DNA from: Hypanus sabinus
Lineage: Eukaryota
DNA length: 64,000 nt
NCBI RefSeq assembly: GCF_030144855.1
Contig: NC_082731.1
Coordinates: 28,644,001 to 28,708,000, forward strand
Direction: 5' to 3'
Positions 1 to 14,800 of the stretch are shown here, piece after piece (the first letter of the stretch is position 1; the number at the start of each line of letters is the position of its first letter). The notes below the pieces were generated by a model. The model ran no database searches. It had not been told where the DNA came from and worked only from the letters and a program-made list of their open reading frames with translations. A program made the translations under genes and the position numbers.

Positions 1-1470
1 CTGGTTCCGGAGGACTGAAAGATTGGAATTGTCACTCCACTACTTAAGAAGGGGGCAAAGAAGCAAAAAGGAAATTATAGATCTGTTAGATTGACATCAG
101 TGGTTGGGAAGTTGCTGGAATGGATTGTCAAGGATGAGGTTACTGAGTACCTGGAGGCATATGACAAGATAGGCAGAACTCAGCATGGTTTCCTTGAAGG
201 AAAATCCTGCCTGACAAACCTAGTGCAATTTTTTGAAGAAATTACAAGTAGGCGAGACAAGGGAGATGCAAAGGATGTTGTGTATTTGGATTTTCAGAAG
301 GGCTTTGACAAAGTGCAGCACATGAGGCTACTAAACAAGAGCCCATGGAATTACAAGAAAGTTACATACGTGGATAGAGCGTTGGCTGATTGGCAGGAAA
401 CAGAGAGTGGGAATAAAGGGATCCCATTCTGGTTGGCTGCTGGTTACCAGTGGTGTTCTGCAGCGGTCCGTGTTGGGGCCGCTTCTTTTTCCGTTGTATA
501 TAAACGATTTGGATTATGGAATAGATGGCTTTGTTGCTAAGTTTGTTGATGATACAAAGATAGGTGGAGGGGCCGGTAGTGCTGAGGAAACAGAGAGTCT
601 GCAGAGAGCCTTGGATAGATTGGGGGAATGGGAAAAGAAGTGGCAAATGAATTACAATGTTGGAAAGTGTACGGTCATGCACTTTGGTAGAAGAAATAAA
701 CAAGCAGACTATGATTTAAATGGGGAGAGAATTCAAAGTTCTGAGATGCAACGGGACTTGGTTCTCATGCAGAATACCCTTAAGGTTAACCTCCAGGTTG
801 AGTCGGTGGTGAAGAAGGTGAATGCAATGTTGGCATTCATTTCTAGAGGAATAGAGTATAGGAGGAGGGATGTGATGTTGAAGCTCTATAAGGCACTGGT
901 AAGACCTCACTTGGAATACTGTGTGCAGTTTTGGGCTCCTTATTTAAGAAAGGATGTGCTGATGTTGGAGAGGGTTTGGAGAAGATTCACTAGAATGATT
1001 CCAGGAATGAGGGGGTTAACATATGAGGAACGTTTGGGCACTCTTGGACTGTACTCCTTGGAGTTTAGAAGAATGAGGGGAGACCTCATAGAAACATTTC
1101 GAATGTTGAAAGACATGGACAGAGTGTATATCGCAAAGTTGTTTCCCATGGTGGGGGAGTCTCGTACGAGAGGACATGACTTGAGGATTGCAGGGCGCCC
1201 AATCAGAATGGAGATGCGAAAAAAAATTTTTAGCCAGAGGGTGGTAAATCTATGGAATTTGTTGCCATGGGTGGCAGTGGAGGCCGGGTCATTGGGTGTA
1301 TTTAAAGTAGAGATTGATAGGTATCTGAGTAGTCAGGGCATCAAAGGTTATGATGAGAGGCGGGGGAATGGGACTAAAGGGGAGATAGGATCAGCTCATG
1401 ATGAAATGGCGGAGCAGACTCGATGGGCCAAATGGCCGACTTCTGCTCCTTTGTCTTGTGGTCTTATGGG
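1..1470 (+). mobile_element. CR1-type LINE ORF2 (RT) 3' part, frameshifted
   Basis: ORFs 91..540 and 407..1498: QHGF..GKSCLTNL, YLDFQKGFDKV, GVLQRSVLGPLLF, KFVDDTK, RPHLEYCVQFW. Confidence 0.92.
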
Positions 1471-2121
1471 ATGCAATACCCACTTGTTGTACTTGTAGGC
1501 AGGTGAAGTCACTGCAGTGATGAGGGAACTAAGATGGGATGAATGGCTTCCCTCAGTTTTATCAACTCCAGACACTTCATTGTCTCATTGTCTTTGTTTT
1601 TAATTAATACAATTTCAAATCATGAAATAAACTCCAGCGGAATAATGAAAGAAATGCTACAGGCAATGACTTCTGTAACGTCTGATTCACAAAATATGAC
1701 AGAACAAGACTGAGCCCATCCCCCATGACAATCACCCCCCCACATCAATTTCTTGCTCCTTAACAATAATATCCATTTCCTCACCTCCCTCTTCTCCTTC
1801 GCTAATAAAACTCCCAACCCCTGCTCCCCATTCCCAAGGCTTAATGCTGTCTTCCTCTCCCCTCTTGTAAACCCCCTCCAGTGTCACATATCCTGCCATT
1901 TTCCCAATGCGTCATCCACTGCCGTCCCTCCACCCATCTAACCGGCTCTGTTTTCCCATTTCCCATCTGGCATCCCCGGTGCATTTAGAGGTTTATTTCC
2001 TGAAATGAGCAGTTGCAGTGCAGTAGCCTCGGATTGCTGAGTGAATGAGATGGAGACTCCATTTCCAAACATTGCAGTCACACGGGGATTTCTTGTTGAA
2101 TGTGGGGCGTATATCTGCTGG

Positions 2122-2133
2122 TCACTGCTGAAC
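2122..2133 (-). CDS. candidate TM2 exon (VQQ*)
   Basis: Strong acceptor tcctgtctatatttcag|GTT CAG CAG TGA in a non-repetitive island; phase 0 matches TM1; AATAAA at 1992-1997. Confidence 0.45.
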   Translation of the reverse strand, partial: VQQ

Positions 2134-2369
2134 CTGAAATATAGACAGGAGAGTATGATATTGTGTGAGACAAGGTGCAGCACAGACCTTACCTGTGAGG
2201 ACATGTGAACGAAATAACAGACGGTCTGTCCTCATTGCACAAGATGGGATCCCATGAAGAGATGTCTGTCACTATTCTCTGAGGTCACTCCAAAACAAAA
2301 ATATGAATACCCGTTCAGACCTTTAGTGTGATCCACCATTGGGCTAATGTTTCAGTTCCTGAGTAAAAC

Positions 2370-3275
2370 CATAAGATAAGATATAGGAGCAGAATTATGC
2401 TATTTGGGCAATGCAATTGCTGTACCACTTAGACAAATTGGAAGAATGGGCAAAAAGTGGCAGATGAATTACAATCTTGGGAAATGTATGATAATTCATT
2501 TTAGCAAAAGGAACAATAGTGCAGACTATTATCGAAATGGGAAGAAGGTTCGAACATCAGAGGTGCAAAGTGACTTAGGAGTCCTTGTGTGAGACTCCCA
2601 GAAGGTTACTTTACAGGTCGAGTCTGTGGTGAAGAAAGCAAATGGAATGTTGGCATTTATTTCAAGGGCAATAGAGTATAAAAGCAAGGGGATAGTGTTG
2701 AGGCTTCGTAAGACACTAATCAGGCCACACGGAGTACTATAATCAGTTTTGAGCCCAATATCTCAGAAAGGATGTGTTTTCATTGGAGAGAGTCCAGAGG
2801 AGGTTCATGAGGATGAGTCCAGGAATGAAGGGGTTAACATATGAGAAGCATATGGCAGCTTTGGACCTGCACTCACTGGAATTTAGAAGAATGTGGGGCA
2901 ATCTTATTGAAACCTACCGAATGTTGAAAAGAATATATAGGATGTAGATGTGGAGTCGATGTTTCCCGTGGTGGCGGTATCTGGAACAAGAGAGCACAGC
3001 CTCGAAATTGAGGGGCAATCTTTTAGAACAATGGTAAGAAATGATATTTTTAGCCCTAGAATGTTGAGTCTGTGGAATGCTCTGCCACAAACTGTAGTGG
3101 AGGCTAAATCGTGGATGTATTTAAGGTGGAAGTTAATAGTTTCCTAATCGGTCAGGGCATCAAAGAATATGGTGAGAAGGCAGGTGTATGGGGTTGAGTG
3201 GAGTCCGGTATCAGCATTGATGGGCTGAATGGCAGAAGAGCATTGATGGGCTGAATGGCCTAACACTGCTCCTGC
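2370..3275 (+). mobile_element. degenerate CR1 LINE 3' fragment
   Basis: KWQMNYNLGKC..HF motif and same 3' UTR type as the 1-1470 copy. Confidence 0.85.
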
Positions 3276-3289
3276 CTCATGGTCTTACA

Positions 3290-4180
3290 TCTGATGTGGA
3301 CTTGCCAGAGAAAAGGTGTTCCCAAATTAACGCTTCTTTGTTCCTGTCTAATGCCCTTCCAAATTGCCCTGTGTCAATTTAAATCTCTTCCACAAGGACC
3401 ATACCTATCCTTGTCGATGGCTATCCTGAAAGTTAACCAGTTGTGGTCACGATTCCTGAACTGTTCACCCATTGAAAGGTCAGTCACCTAGCCAGGCTTA
3501 TTCCCCAAAACCAGGTACAGTATGGTCCCTCCTTTCATTGGACTGTCACACATTGATTTAAGAAACCTACTTAACAGATCCCATCTGACCCCTTACACTC
3601 AGAAGCTCCCAGTTTATATTAGGGAAGCTGAAATCCCCCATGACACAACCCTATTAATATTACACTTCTCCTTCATCTGATTACATATCTGCTCCTCAAT
3701 GTCCCAGTGGCTATCAGGGGGTCCGTAGTACAATCCCATCAGTGGGATTGCACCCTGTCTATTCCTGAGTTTCACCCAAATGGACTCAGTTTCTGACTCC
3801 TCCATTATGTCTCCTCTGAGTGCAGCTGTGATATTGTCCCTGATAAGGAGTGCAACTCCCCCCACCCTTACCTACTCCTCTATCTTTTCTAAAACTCCAA
3901 AAACCTGGCACATTAATCACCCATTCCTGCTACTCTGTCAACTAAGTTTCAGTAATGGCCACAACACTGTAGTTTCATGTACTGATCCATCACCCTTACC
4001 CATAATACTCCCAGCATTAAAATATACACACCTCAAACTATCCGACCCATCCTACCCGTCATTTCAATTTTGCCTTTCCATACCTTCTCTGACATCTAAC
4101 TTCTGGTCAGATCCATTTCCTACTGATCTGGGACTCTGGTTCTCAGCCCCCTACAAAACTAGGGTTTGGAGTCGTGACTC
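3290..4180 (-). mobile_element. degenerate CR1 LINE endonuclease-region fragment
   Basis: GGVALLIRDNI...ESIWVKL...GLYYGPP APE-type motifs in ORF 3614..3865. Confidence 0.75.
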
Positions 4181-5162
4181 CAAAAGATGCAGCGAGAAAT
4201 GGACTGCCTCTCACGAGCCTGTGACAACTTTGGACTTACAATCAGCACCAAAAAGACCGACGTTATGTACCAGCTCACTCCTGGAAAGCCCTACCAGGAA
4301 CCACACATCACAGTAAAGGGGCAGAAGCTACTGGCAGTCGACAGCTTTACTTATTTGGGCAGTACTCAATCACAAGTGGTGAACATAGATGCTGAGATGA
4401 GCAACAGAATTGCCAAAGCCAGTACTGCCTTTGGGAGACTCTGTGAGAGTGTATGGGAATGGAGAGGACTCAGCTGCTTTCACCAAGCTGAAAGTCTACC
4501 AAGCAGTGGTTCTCACCACCCTCCTCTATCCCAGCGAGACCTGGACTGTCTACAGCAGACACGCTAAACAGCTCAACCACTTCCACTTGAGCTGCCTCCA
4601 CAGACTTCTCCACGTACGATGGCAGGACAAAGTCCCAGACATGGAGGTCCTGGAGCGGGCTGCCACCCACAGCGTCTACACCCTCCTACAGAAAGCCCAA
4701 GCCAGATGGGCTGGCCATGTCGTCAGGATGTCTGACAGTCAACTACCAGAACAGCTGCTGTATGGAGAGCTGAGCCAGGGCAAGTGCTCAGTTGGTGGGC
4801 ACAAGAAACGTTTCAAAGATTGCCTCAAAGTGTCCCTCAAAAACCTCAACATCAATCCCAGTAACTGGGAATCGCTTGCTCTGGACTGCCCAGCCTGGTG
4901 GAGCAGGACCACTAAAGGAGTGTATGCAGCAGAAATCAGACACACCGCAGAGGCTCAGAGGAAACGTACCATGCGCAAGTCTCGAGCTACCTCCACTTCC
5001 ACTGCAGCATCTACCCTCATGTGTCCCATATGTGGGCGAGTTTTCAGGGCCCGGCTTGGCCTCACCAGTCACCTCCGGACCCACAGTCACAAACCCTCCA
5101 CCTGACAGAAGTCGTGGTCGTCTTCGACGCCGAAGGATGGACAACAACAACAACAACAACAA
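4180..5162 (+). mobile_element. RTE-clade (BovB-like) LINE 3' fragment
   Basis: FTYLGS..RIAKASTAFGRL, C-terminal C2H2 finger CPICGRVFRARLGLTSHLRTH, (CAA)n tail at 5143-5162. Confidence 0.88.
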
Positions 5163-5999
5163 ATCTAGTTTAAACTCTCCCAGGCAGCATCAGTAAATCT
5201 CACAGCCAGGATACTGGCTCCTCTCCAGTTCAAGTACAAACCAGCCCAATCTATCTGCATATTGAAATTCCCGATGACTCTTTTAACACTGCACTGTTGA
5301 CATGCATTTTCTATCTCTCATTGTAATTTGTCGACCACATCTTTGCTGCAGTTCGGAGGTCTGTATGTAACTCCCATCAAGGACTTTACCCTTACTGTTT
5401 CTTAGCGCTATCCACAACAATTCTACATCTTCCAATCCTTTGTCACTTCTTTCTAATGATTTGGTTTAATTTTTTCCCAACACAGTTACACCACACCCCC
5501 TGCCTACCTCCCTGTCCTTTCAATACAATGTGTATCTTTGGGCATCACCCCAATGTTCATCACCCTTCTTGATTATGTCCCCCTTTTACATTTCAACTTA
5601 TCCCATTGACTGCAATTTTGCCCTATCATCAGCCTTTGCTTGCTAGCAGACTCACTACACACTGCCTCTGTTGTTAAACCAACGACTGGAAGCTCAGCCC
5701 TATCACTCCATTTCCCATCCCCTGTCATATTAGTTCAAACCCTTCTGAACAGCTCCAGCAAAGCTGCCCACAAAGATATTTATCTTCCTTGGATTCACGT
5801 GCAACCTGTGAATATTCTTCCACCTTTTCCTTATCAAGACCCAGACGACCCAACATATTGATGCAGCTTCAGAGAAGGCACAAAAGCTGCTATATTTCTT
5901 TAGGAGCTTGAGGAGATTTGGTGTGTCACCGTGGAGAGCAGTCTCACTGCACACTGCCTCTGTTTGTAAACCAACGACAGAATATTATTACTATCATGA

Positions 6000-7500
6000 T
6001 AAATGATATATTTTCCAATAGAAATAATAGTATTGGAACATCATTATTTCTAGATGAAGTAGCTATGTGCGAAGGGGGTGGGAATGTGGAATTTATAACA
6101 TGGAAACTTCAAGAGTCAGAGGTTAAGGTGGAAGATTGGGCATGAAAATAGGAATTCAGATTTTCAGCAGAGAAATCCAAAATAATGTTTTTCACTAGGA
6201 AGAATACAGAATAACACATGAAACTAAAATATTATGGTATGGAATTAGAAAGTGTGGATACCTTTAATTTTTAGGAATTTGGTTTGATAACAGACTCACA
6301 TGGTCAACACTTATTAAATAAATAATAACCAAAAATAAGGATGTACTAAATGTTATGAGGTGTTTAACAGGAAAGGAATGGGGAGCTGATCGGAAACCCT
6401 TGAAAGCAATATATATAGGATTATTAAGATCAATACTGGACTATGGAAGTATGGTATATGGATCAGCATCACACTGTGTGCTCAATAAACTGGATATAAT
6501 TCTAAGTCAAGCATTAAGGTTAATCTGTAGGGCAATAAGGACAACACCAGTGGTGGCAATGCAGGTGGAGTTGGGAGAGACACCTCTGGAACTGAGAAGA
6601 ACTCAGCTTGTGTTAACATATTGGGTAAACCTACAAGGGCCTGGAGAACATCATCCAACTAAACAGCTATTAGGTTGATACTGGGAAAAGGAAAGAAGGA
6701 AATTCAGAAGTTTTGCATGGACTATTGAAGGAAAAGCAGAAAGAATAAGAATTAGTAATAAGGCTGTGAGTGATACAATATCTCTTCCTGGGCTGCCTCC
6801 ATGACTGTGTGAAGTAGCATAGATGGATCTCAAAGTATTCATAGACACAGAAAAATAGAGAAGTGATTTTAACTCAAGATATAGTTGAATCTTATGTAAA
6901 TAATGAACATTATGTATGTTTACAAATGCAACAAAATGCTTCAAGAATGGCGATAGTAGATTAGGGGGAGGATTGGTAGTGCCTGGTTTTAATATGAAAA
7001 AGCAGTGAGGATAAATGATGATTTCTCAGTATATACAGGGGAAATGACAGCTGGACTATTCGCTTTGCAGTGGGTGAAGGAAGTAAGACTGATGAGATTT
7101 GTAATATTGTCTGATTAAAGGACAACAATCAGGAGTCGAAAAGATTTACATTCAGAGGTAAAACGAGACATTGTAAGTAAGATAATACAGACATTATTTA
7201 GACTATATAATAATATCCCGAAAGAAATGGGATAGTTGAGGAATACAGGAAAGACCAGGAGGCAGGAGGTGATAACATCAAGATTGAGGTTTGGGCACAC
7301 AGGGGTAACGTACGTTGTTTTTCATGAAGAAACATAATAATGGGAGTTGTGAATATTGTAATCAACAAGGCATAATCAAGAGAGGGGTTGATTGATCTTA
7401 GAGTTTTCACAGAATGAAATTCAATTTAAAATTAATAGCATTTTGCAGAAAGGATTGCAGGATTATTGCTTTAAATATATATTGCAGTTCCTTAAGAACA
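6000..7500 (+). mobile_element. degenerate I/Nimb-type LINE fragment with RNase H region
   Basis: RSILDYGSMVYGSA..QALRLI..AIRTTP motif (ORF 6355..6678); downstream SVYTGEMTA..ALQWV..VILSD RNase H-like motif read manually. Confidence 0.7.
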
Positions 7501-7879
7501 CAGGACTCTTTATAAGTTTGACAAAAATATAAATATGGGATCAAATTTAAAAATGTGTGTCATGACATATTGACTCACACTCCGGTCTGTAGTGGTGATA
7601 ATGCACCTTTTGCCAACTGCCATAAAAAAATCAGAACACTATCGACTATTGAAAGGCTCAGATCGGGTTGATGTGGAGAGGATGTTTGCGAGAGTGTCAG
7701 GATGTAAATATACACAGGCCATTCCTGCCATAGGCTGTTTGCCGAGGGAAGACAGAGAAGGGAAACACCAGAGAAAAATTAGGCAGACACAGTACACCAG
7801 ACCTCCCACCGACCTGTTTCTATTCCTGTCACCATTAGTTAAAAAGGCCCGTCTTACACCTGGTTAGAGAAACATGCAG

Positions 7880-9800
7880 ACCGTCTATTGGTTGGAGGTC
7901 TGCATGTTCCCACCCTCCTTTTTTATCTCCATTGGTCTGTGCGCAGATCCAACATGCGGCTTGCCCTTGACCTACCAGTGGTCACGTTTTTTAAAGTCGT
8001 GGTGGGGGTTGAATTGCATGAAAAATCTTCAGAAAGGTTCAGTTCTTCAGCACAGACTCATCCTGCAGGTTAACCACGAGGGAATCCTGCACAAGGATTC
8101 GCAAATCCCTTTGCCCCTCAGCGTTTTGTATTTTCTGTCCATTTAGAAAAGAGTCAGCTGTTTCACTTCTTCTACCAAAGAGCATGACCATACAATTCCC
8201 AACATTGTATTCCATCTGCCTCATCTTTGCCCATTCTCCTAATATATTTAACTGTTTCTGTATCACCTGTACTTCCTCAAAACTACCGGCCCCTTGACCT
8301 ATCATCTACAAACTTTCCAACAAAGCCATCAAGTCCAACATCCAAATCACTGACATATAATATAAAAAGATATAATCTTTCTGAATGTTGTGGTGTGCAC
8401 TATCTGGTCCACGTGACTTATCTACGTTCAGACCTTTCAATTTCTCAAGAATCTTCTCTGTAGTAATGATAGCTTCACACACTTCATGACCCCGACACCT
8501 GGAACTTCTACCAGACTGCTAGTGTCTTCCTCACTGATGCAAGATATTTATTCAGTGTGTCCACCATTTGCTTGTCTCCCGTTATTACCTCTCCAGCATT
8601 TTTTTCCAGTTGTTCGATAACCACTCTCACCTCTCTTTTACACTTTAGGTAACTGAAGCAACGTTTGGTGTTTTCTTTAATATTGTTGGGTAGCTAAGAG
8701 TAAGTATTCCATCTTACTCTTACTGACTTTTTTAGTTGCCTTCTGTTGGTTTTAAATGCTTCTCAATCCTCTAACTTCCCACCAATGCGAGCTCAATTAT
8801 ATGCCCTCTCTCTGGCTGTTACATTGCCTTGGCTTCCCTTGTTCACCATGGTTGAGTCATCTTGCCTTTTGAATACTTTTTCCTCCTTAAATCCCTGTCT
8901 GATTCCTCAGGCATCGCCAGCGAGCCATTACGGAGGGTTATTTCCCTCTTGGAAATAGGCTTAAGGGTTCAGTGTAAAGGGGACTTTTCCCTTTCTTCAG
9001 ACCTGGTGGCTGGATTCCATAAGCATGGCTGCAAGTTTGTCAGACTTCAGATATTTGCTTTGTCCTCTCCTGAACTCGAGGACCTGACTAGATAGTGTTG
9101 GGACTCACAGAGTATCGACTGGTATTGACTTGTTCATCCTTGAGGACAGAGATTGGTCCCTAGAAGGTCTCAAGTTACCTCACACTAAAGACTGCCTCTT
9201 ATATTGGTTGTTGGTCATGGGAGAGTCTGAGTCTCAGAACACCATGGCACAAACAAACCCTCTTATGATGACTGGAGCAAACCCTCTTATGATTCTCCCC
9301 GGCCTCCAGTCCACAGCTTGGGACATTTGAACCACCAGTGACATACTTCCCTACAGTAAAAGCAGCGACCTTGACTCTGACGCTGGGACCTTTCATCAGC
9401 GGAGAGTCCAGTACAACCAACCTGCATGGGTTCGACTGGATCTTGAGTAGCTAACAGGTTGTTTATGGTCTGAAGTTGGGGGATGAAACTGGTCAATTCC
9501 CCTCCATTGTATCTAAAGTTAAATACTTATCATTGAGGGGAGCAGCCACAGGTGTTCTCTGCACTGGTTGTGCATTTGCCCTCCTTTTCCTGACAGTCAC
9601 CCAGTTACCTGTCTTCTGAAACCTTGGGGTAACTACCTCCCTGTAGCTCCTGTCTATCACCTCCTCAGTCTCCCGTATGAATCAAAGCTCATTGAGTGGC
9701 AGCTTCAGTTCCTTAATAAATTCTCTCAGTTGCTGCAGCTCAATGCAGCTGGTACAGATGTGTTCACCTGAGAGACTGGAGTCTCCCAGACTTCCCACAT
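7880..9800 (-). mobile_element. degenerate CR1 LINE fragments
   Basis: GEWAKMRQMEYNVGNC..FG motif in ORF 8039..8305 and further CR1-like remnants. Confidence 0.7.
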
Positions 9801-10039
9801 CTCACACAGAGTGCAAGACACTGCCCCTGGAGCCATTCTCACTAAACTACCATGACCTAATAGATGAGGAATGAACAGAAAGAGAGAGAAACCTTATGGT
9901 CTTATGGAAGGTGGAGCAGGGATGAAATGGAGGAAATTCATGAGACATAATCTACCAGAAACAGAGCCTTTTGACTAATCCTAATCAACCCCAGTTTATT
10001 GAAATAGCTCTTAACCCACAGAACTTCTCAGTTAAGACC

Positions 10040-10785
10040 AGAAGATATAGCAGTAGAACTAGGCCAATTTGGCCCATCAAGTCTGCTTCACTATTTCACC
10101 ATGGCTGCAGTCCAGGCTCTGGGTATTGAGGAGTCTGATAGCTTGGGGGAAGAAACTGTTACATAGTCTGATTGTGAGAGCCCGAATGCTTCGGTGCCTT
10201 TTCCCACACGGCAGGAGGGAGAAGAGTTTGTATGAGAAGTGCGTGGGGTCCTTTGTAATGTTGTTTGCTTTGCGGATGCAGCGTGTAGTGTAAATGTCCG
10301 TAATGGCGGGAAGAGAGACCCCGATGATTGCAGCTGACCTCACTGTCTGCTGCAGGGTCTTGCAATCTGAGATGGTGCAATTTCCGAACCAGGCAGTGAT
10401 GCAGCTGCTCAGGATACTCTCAATACAACCCCTGTAGAATGTGATGAGGATGGTGGGTGGGAGATGGACTTTCCTTAGCCTTCAAAGAAAGTAGAGTCGC
10501 TGCTGGGCTTTCTTTGTGACGGAGCTGGTGTTGAGGGACCAGGTGAGATCCTGCGCCAGGTGAACACCAAGAAATTTGTTGCTCTTAACGATCTCTACCA
10601 AGGCGCCATCAATGTTCAGTGGGGAGTGGTTGCTCCGAGCCCTCTTGAAATCAACAGCCATCTCTTTTGTTTTGTTCACATTCAGAGAAAGATTGTTGGC
10701 TCTGCACCAGTCCGTTAGCCACTGCAGCTCCTCTCTGTAAGCTGACTCGTCATTTTGCTGATGAGAACCACCAGCCCCAATCACC
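10040..10785 (-). mobile_element. Rex1/Babar-type LINE 3' fragment
   Basis: LNVNKTKEMAVDF..KFLGVHL..LTWS..KKAQQRLYFL and RLCNSFFPQAIRLLN motifs. Confidence 0.8.
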
Positions 10786-11866
10786 TGCCTTCTCCCTTTA
10801 CCCCTTCATGCCCTGATTAATCAACTCTATCAACCACTGTCTTGAATATACCTAAAGAATTTGCCTCCACAGCTACATGTGACAGCGAATTCCACAGGTT
10901 CATCAATCTGTGCTAAAGAAAAATTTGTCCTGATCTCCTTTCTAAGAAAGGCCCCTCAATTTTGATGCTATGCTAGCTGGTCATAGACTCTTCCACCATA
11001 AGAAGCTTCCTCAATTCTACCTGCCCCTCCACCTATCTTTGTATCATTTGCAACCCTGCCATAAAAGCCATCAATTCTGTTATCCAAATTATTGATATTT
11101 TACATGAAGAGATGTTGTTGCATATAGTCACCGGTCACCAGCAGCTAACCAGAAAAGGCTCCCTTTATTCCTCATCATCGCATCCTGACAATCAGCCAGG
11201 GTTCTAACCACCCCAATATCTTTCCTGTAGTACCATGGGTTCTAAGGCAACACCACAAAATGCTGGTTGAGCTTAGCAGGCCTGGCAGCATCTGCGTAAA
11301 AGAGTCAACAGTCCATGTTTCAGACTGATAAAGGGATTTGGCCCGAAACATCATTTGTTTACTCTTTTCCATAGATACTGCCTGGCATCATCTGGCCTTT
11401 AGAATATTTCTTCTTTAGCATGCATCTATTTTATGCATTTCAATTTGTTCCCAGAATCTCCAGCTACTGCTTCTCTGCCATCATCCCTGCTAGTGTCCCC
11501 TTCCAATCAATTTTGGCCAGCTCCTCTCAATTCCTCTGAAATTCCCTTTACTCCACAGTAATACTGATAAGTATGACTTTAGCTCACCTTCTCAAAATAA
11601 TTGCAGGGTGAATTCTATCATATTATGATCACTGGCTCCTAAAGGTTCCTTTACTTTTAACTCCGGTTCATTGCAGAGCCCTCAACCCTCAAACAGCAAA
11701 TTGTCTAGTGGGCTCAATCACCAGCTGCTCTAAAAAAAAGCTAGTAGGCATTCTACAAATTCCTTCACTTGGGATCCGGCACCAAAACGATTTAGTACTG
11801 CACAGGACATTCAGCCCACAGTGTTGTGCTGAACCAGCTATAAAGCAAATCAAAATCATCCAGACA

Positions 11867-14800
11867 TGTTATGATCCCAGCCCCCTCCTTTGTGAGAATC
11901 GCAAGAGTACCGTTGGGGGGGGGGGGTCAGTAGACCCAGGAAGTGAGAGAGAGAGAAACGTGAAAAATTGCACGTCCCACCAGGGATACAGAATAAGATG
12001 CCAGCAACTATTGTCTCATGGAGACCACGTCAAAAGCCCTCGGGCAAGGTGGGCTGGTTGAGAGAGAGATTGCATCATCCCAACCTGATTGACACCTGCG
12101 ACCCCGTGAGGAAGTATAAAGGAGAGTCTCAGGGGGACAGTCCCTCAGACGCACCAGAAAGACACGAGAGAGTGATCCCGCAGCAGCAGGAAGCCATTCT
12201 GAAGGAAGCCACGTGCGTAGGATTCCAGGATTGGAATTTGTGGCTGGAATCACAGAAAACCGCTTTTAACTAACATCGGGGAGAGGAAACCAACACTCCC
12301 CCGATTTCACGGAAGATTCATCAAGACTCGGCAAGTTCCTTCTCTTCTCCGTCAATCTCTCTCTCTCCGTCGCCCCACATGAAACCCAGCGATTTTCAAA
12401 AGGCTGAGGCCTGCAGACTTTCAGAGTGACTTTTATATTACCAACGGACAATCTATTAACCCCTAGACACCAGCAGAGCTTACTTCTTAATGATGATTAT
12501 TACTATACCCGCGCTTTAGATTGAATGTTGACAATGTGCACTATCTGAATGTATGTATTAACCCTACTTTTGTGTCCCTTTATGAATAAAACGTTTGAAA
12601 ATAGTGACATCAGACTTCAATGGACCTCTCTATCTTTGCTGGTAAGTTCTCCAGTTACGGGATTCATAACAGTTGGGGTTCTCGTCTCGGGATTTGACAC
12701 CAAATTGGCAGGCCAGTGAATCGGGCTTGTAAATCAAAAACTTGAATCGGGTTACGCGGGTAGCCAGACGGGAAACCAGCAAAGATGGACGAGGGTGAAT
12801 TTATGGAAAATCCAACGGTGGGGGCGCTAGAGGCGGCCACAAAATCAGACTTGTTAATTTTGGCGAAGGGGTTGAACCTCACAGAAGTGAGGTCGTCCAT
12901 GAAAAAGCGGGAGGTACGAAGGGCCATAACCCAGTATGACATTGGGAAGAAGGTGTTTGAAGCTGAGGTATTGGGAGATATCCCTGAAGAGGTACCATCA
13001 AGTGGGACGGTTCAGTTAGAGGTGGAGAAATTGAAGTTGGAACGTGAAATTAAGTTAAAAGAGCTGGAAGCAGCTGAGAGAGAGAGAGAAAGGGAGCATG
13101 AAATTCACCTAAAGAAGCTAGAAGCAGAAGAGAAACAGAGGCAACATGACTGGGAAATTGAGAAGAGGAAGAACGAGTGAAGAGATCAAGGGTTGGACCA
13201 AGCAGAGCGGTTTAACGCTAGTAGGGAGTTGAGATTGAGGCAGATGTTCGAGGAGGCAGATGTTGATAGCTATTTCTTGCTTTTTGAAAAGGTGGCAGTA
13301 AATCAGAAGTGGCCAAAAGAGCAATGGGTGGCGTTGCTACAAAGTGTGTTAAAGGGGAAAGCCCAAAGAGCATATGCGGCTTTGTCCCTGGGGGAGGGAG
13401 GAGTGGAGAATTATGATGAGGTAAAAAAGGTCATTCTCCGGACTTATGAATTGGTACCTGAGGCCTATAGAAAAAAGTTTAGAAATTTAAGGAAGGGGTG
13501 GAATCAAACGTATACCGAACTAGCCCATGAGAAAGGGGTGCTCTTGGACCATTGGTGCACCGCAGAAAGAGTGGGCGAGGATTATGGGCGACTCGGAGTT
13601 GTTTTTGATTGAGGAATTTAGAAGTTGTGTTCCGGAGGAGATCCGGGTGTATTTGAATGAGAAGCCGGATAAGTCCATTTCAGAATTTGCCAGGTTGGCG
13701 GACGAATATGCCCTAACCCACAAGACAAAGACTCCCTCGAATAAAGGTCCCCAGAGAGACCGTGGGAACGATCGAGAAAGTCCGACGAGTGAGGCAGAGG
13801 TTCCACCGGGAGCTAGCGGTAAGGTTGAGGGGGAAAAGCAAGACGGCCAGAGGGCTCCGGGTTTGACCTGTTTTAATTGTGGAAAGGAGGGGCACATTGC
13901 ATCTCGATGCTTTGCTCCGAGGAAGGAGATAGGAAGAGGGAAAGCCGCAGTCCCTATCAGGAGTGTCGTGGTAATCAGCAAATCGACCAGAGAGCCGAGG
14001 GTAGACAGAGTACGAGAAGGCTCTGGAAGTTGTCTGTCACACGGAACCGTGACTGTGACGGAGGCAGACACTCCAGTTTCCGTACGAATCTGGAGGGATA
14101 TGGGCTCTGAATTATCCCTGGTTAGCCGTAAGGTACTAGAATTTGGTCGGGAAACGGGCATGGTAAAGGTGAAAGGAATAAATAAACGGATAGAAATGGA
14201 GCCCTTATATAAGGTCATTCTGGATTGTGAGCTGGTGTATGGATCAGTTGAAATAGGGGTGCCCTCAGAATTCCCGAGAGATGACGTGGACATGCTGCTG
14301 GGAAATGACTTAGCAGAGGGTGAGGTTTGGTCAGCCATGCTGCCAACCTGCCGACCGGAGAGTGTGGTGGCCCCGTCCCTAGCGCCCAAGGACCATCTCG
14401 CCGGCGCGGTCACTCGCAGCCTGTCGAGAGAGAGAGCAGTGAACGAGAGCAGTTTAAATCTGGCCAGTTTTGATTTGGCCGAGACGTCTTTGCCGACCCT
14501 GTGCCACGAGGGTTTCGAGGGTGGTAAGACGAAGAGTAGTAAAGTGAAAGGGGGTAAGGGAGAGGAGGTAGATCTGCCTTTAGCGAAGAGAAAGGTCCTA
14601 AAGGTAGGAAGTAAAGATGAGAAACAGATAAAGCTGTTAAAAGGTCCAGAGTTGGACGTGGATGATCTGTCTGGTTTGGCAGAGTTGTTTGAAGAACTTG
14701 AGAGTTCTAAAGGTGTTCCCGATAATGAGAGGAGGGCAGTCCTAGATGGAAAGGATACCCTTGCCTTGAAGGAGTCTGCTGAAAAGGCCGAGGAGGTTGT

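Noticed and set aside
11968-12273. 101-aa ORF duplicated at 16065..16370
   Set aside because: Simply reflects the two LTR copies; no domain similarity
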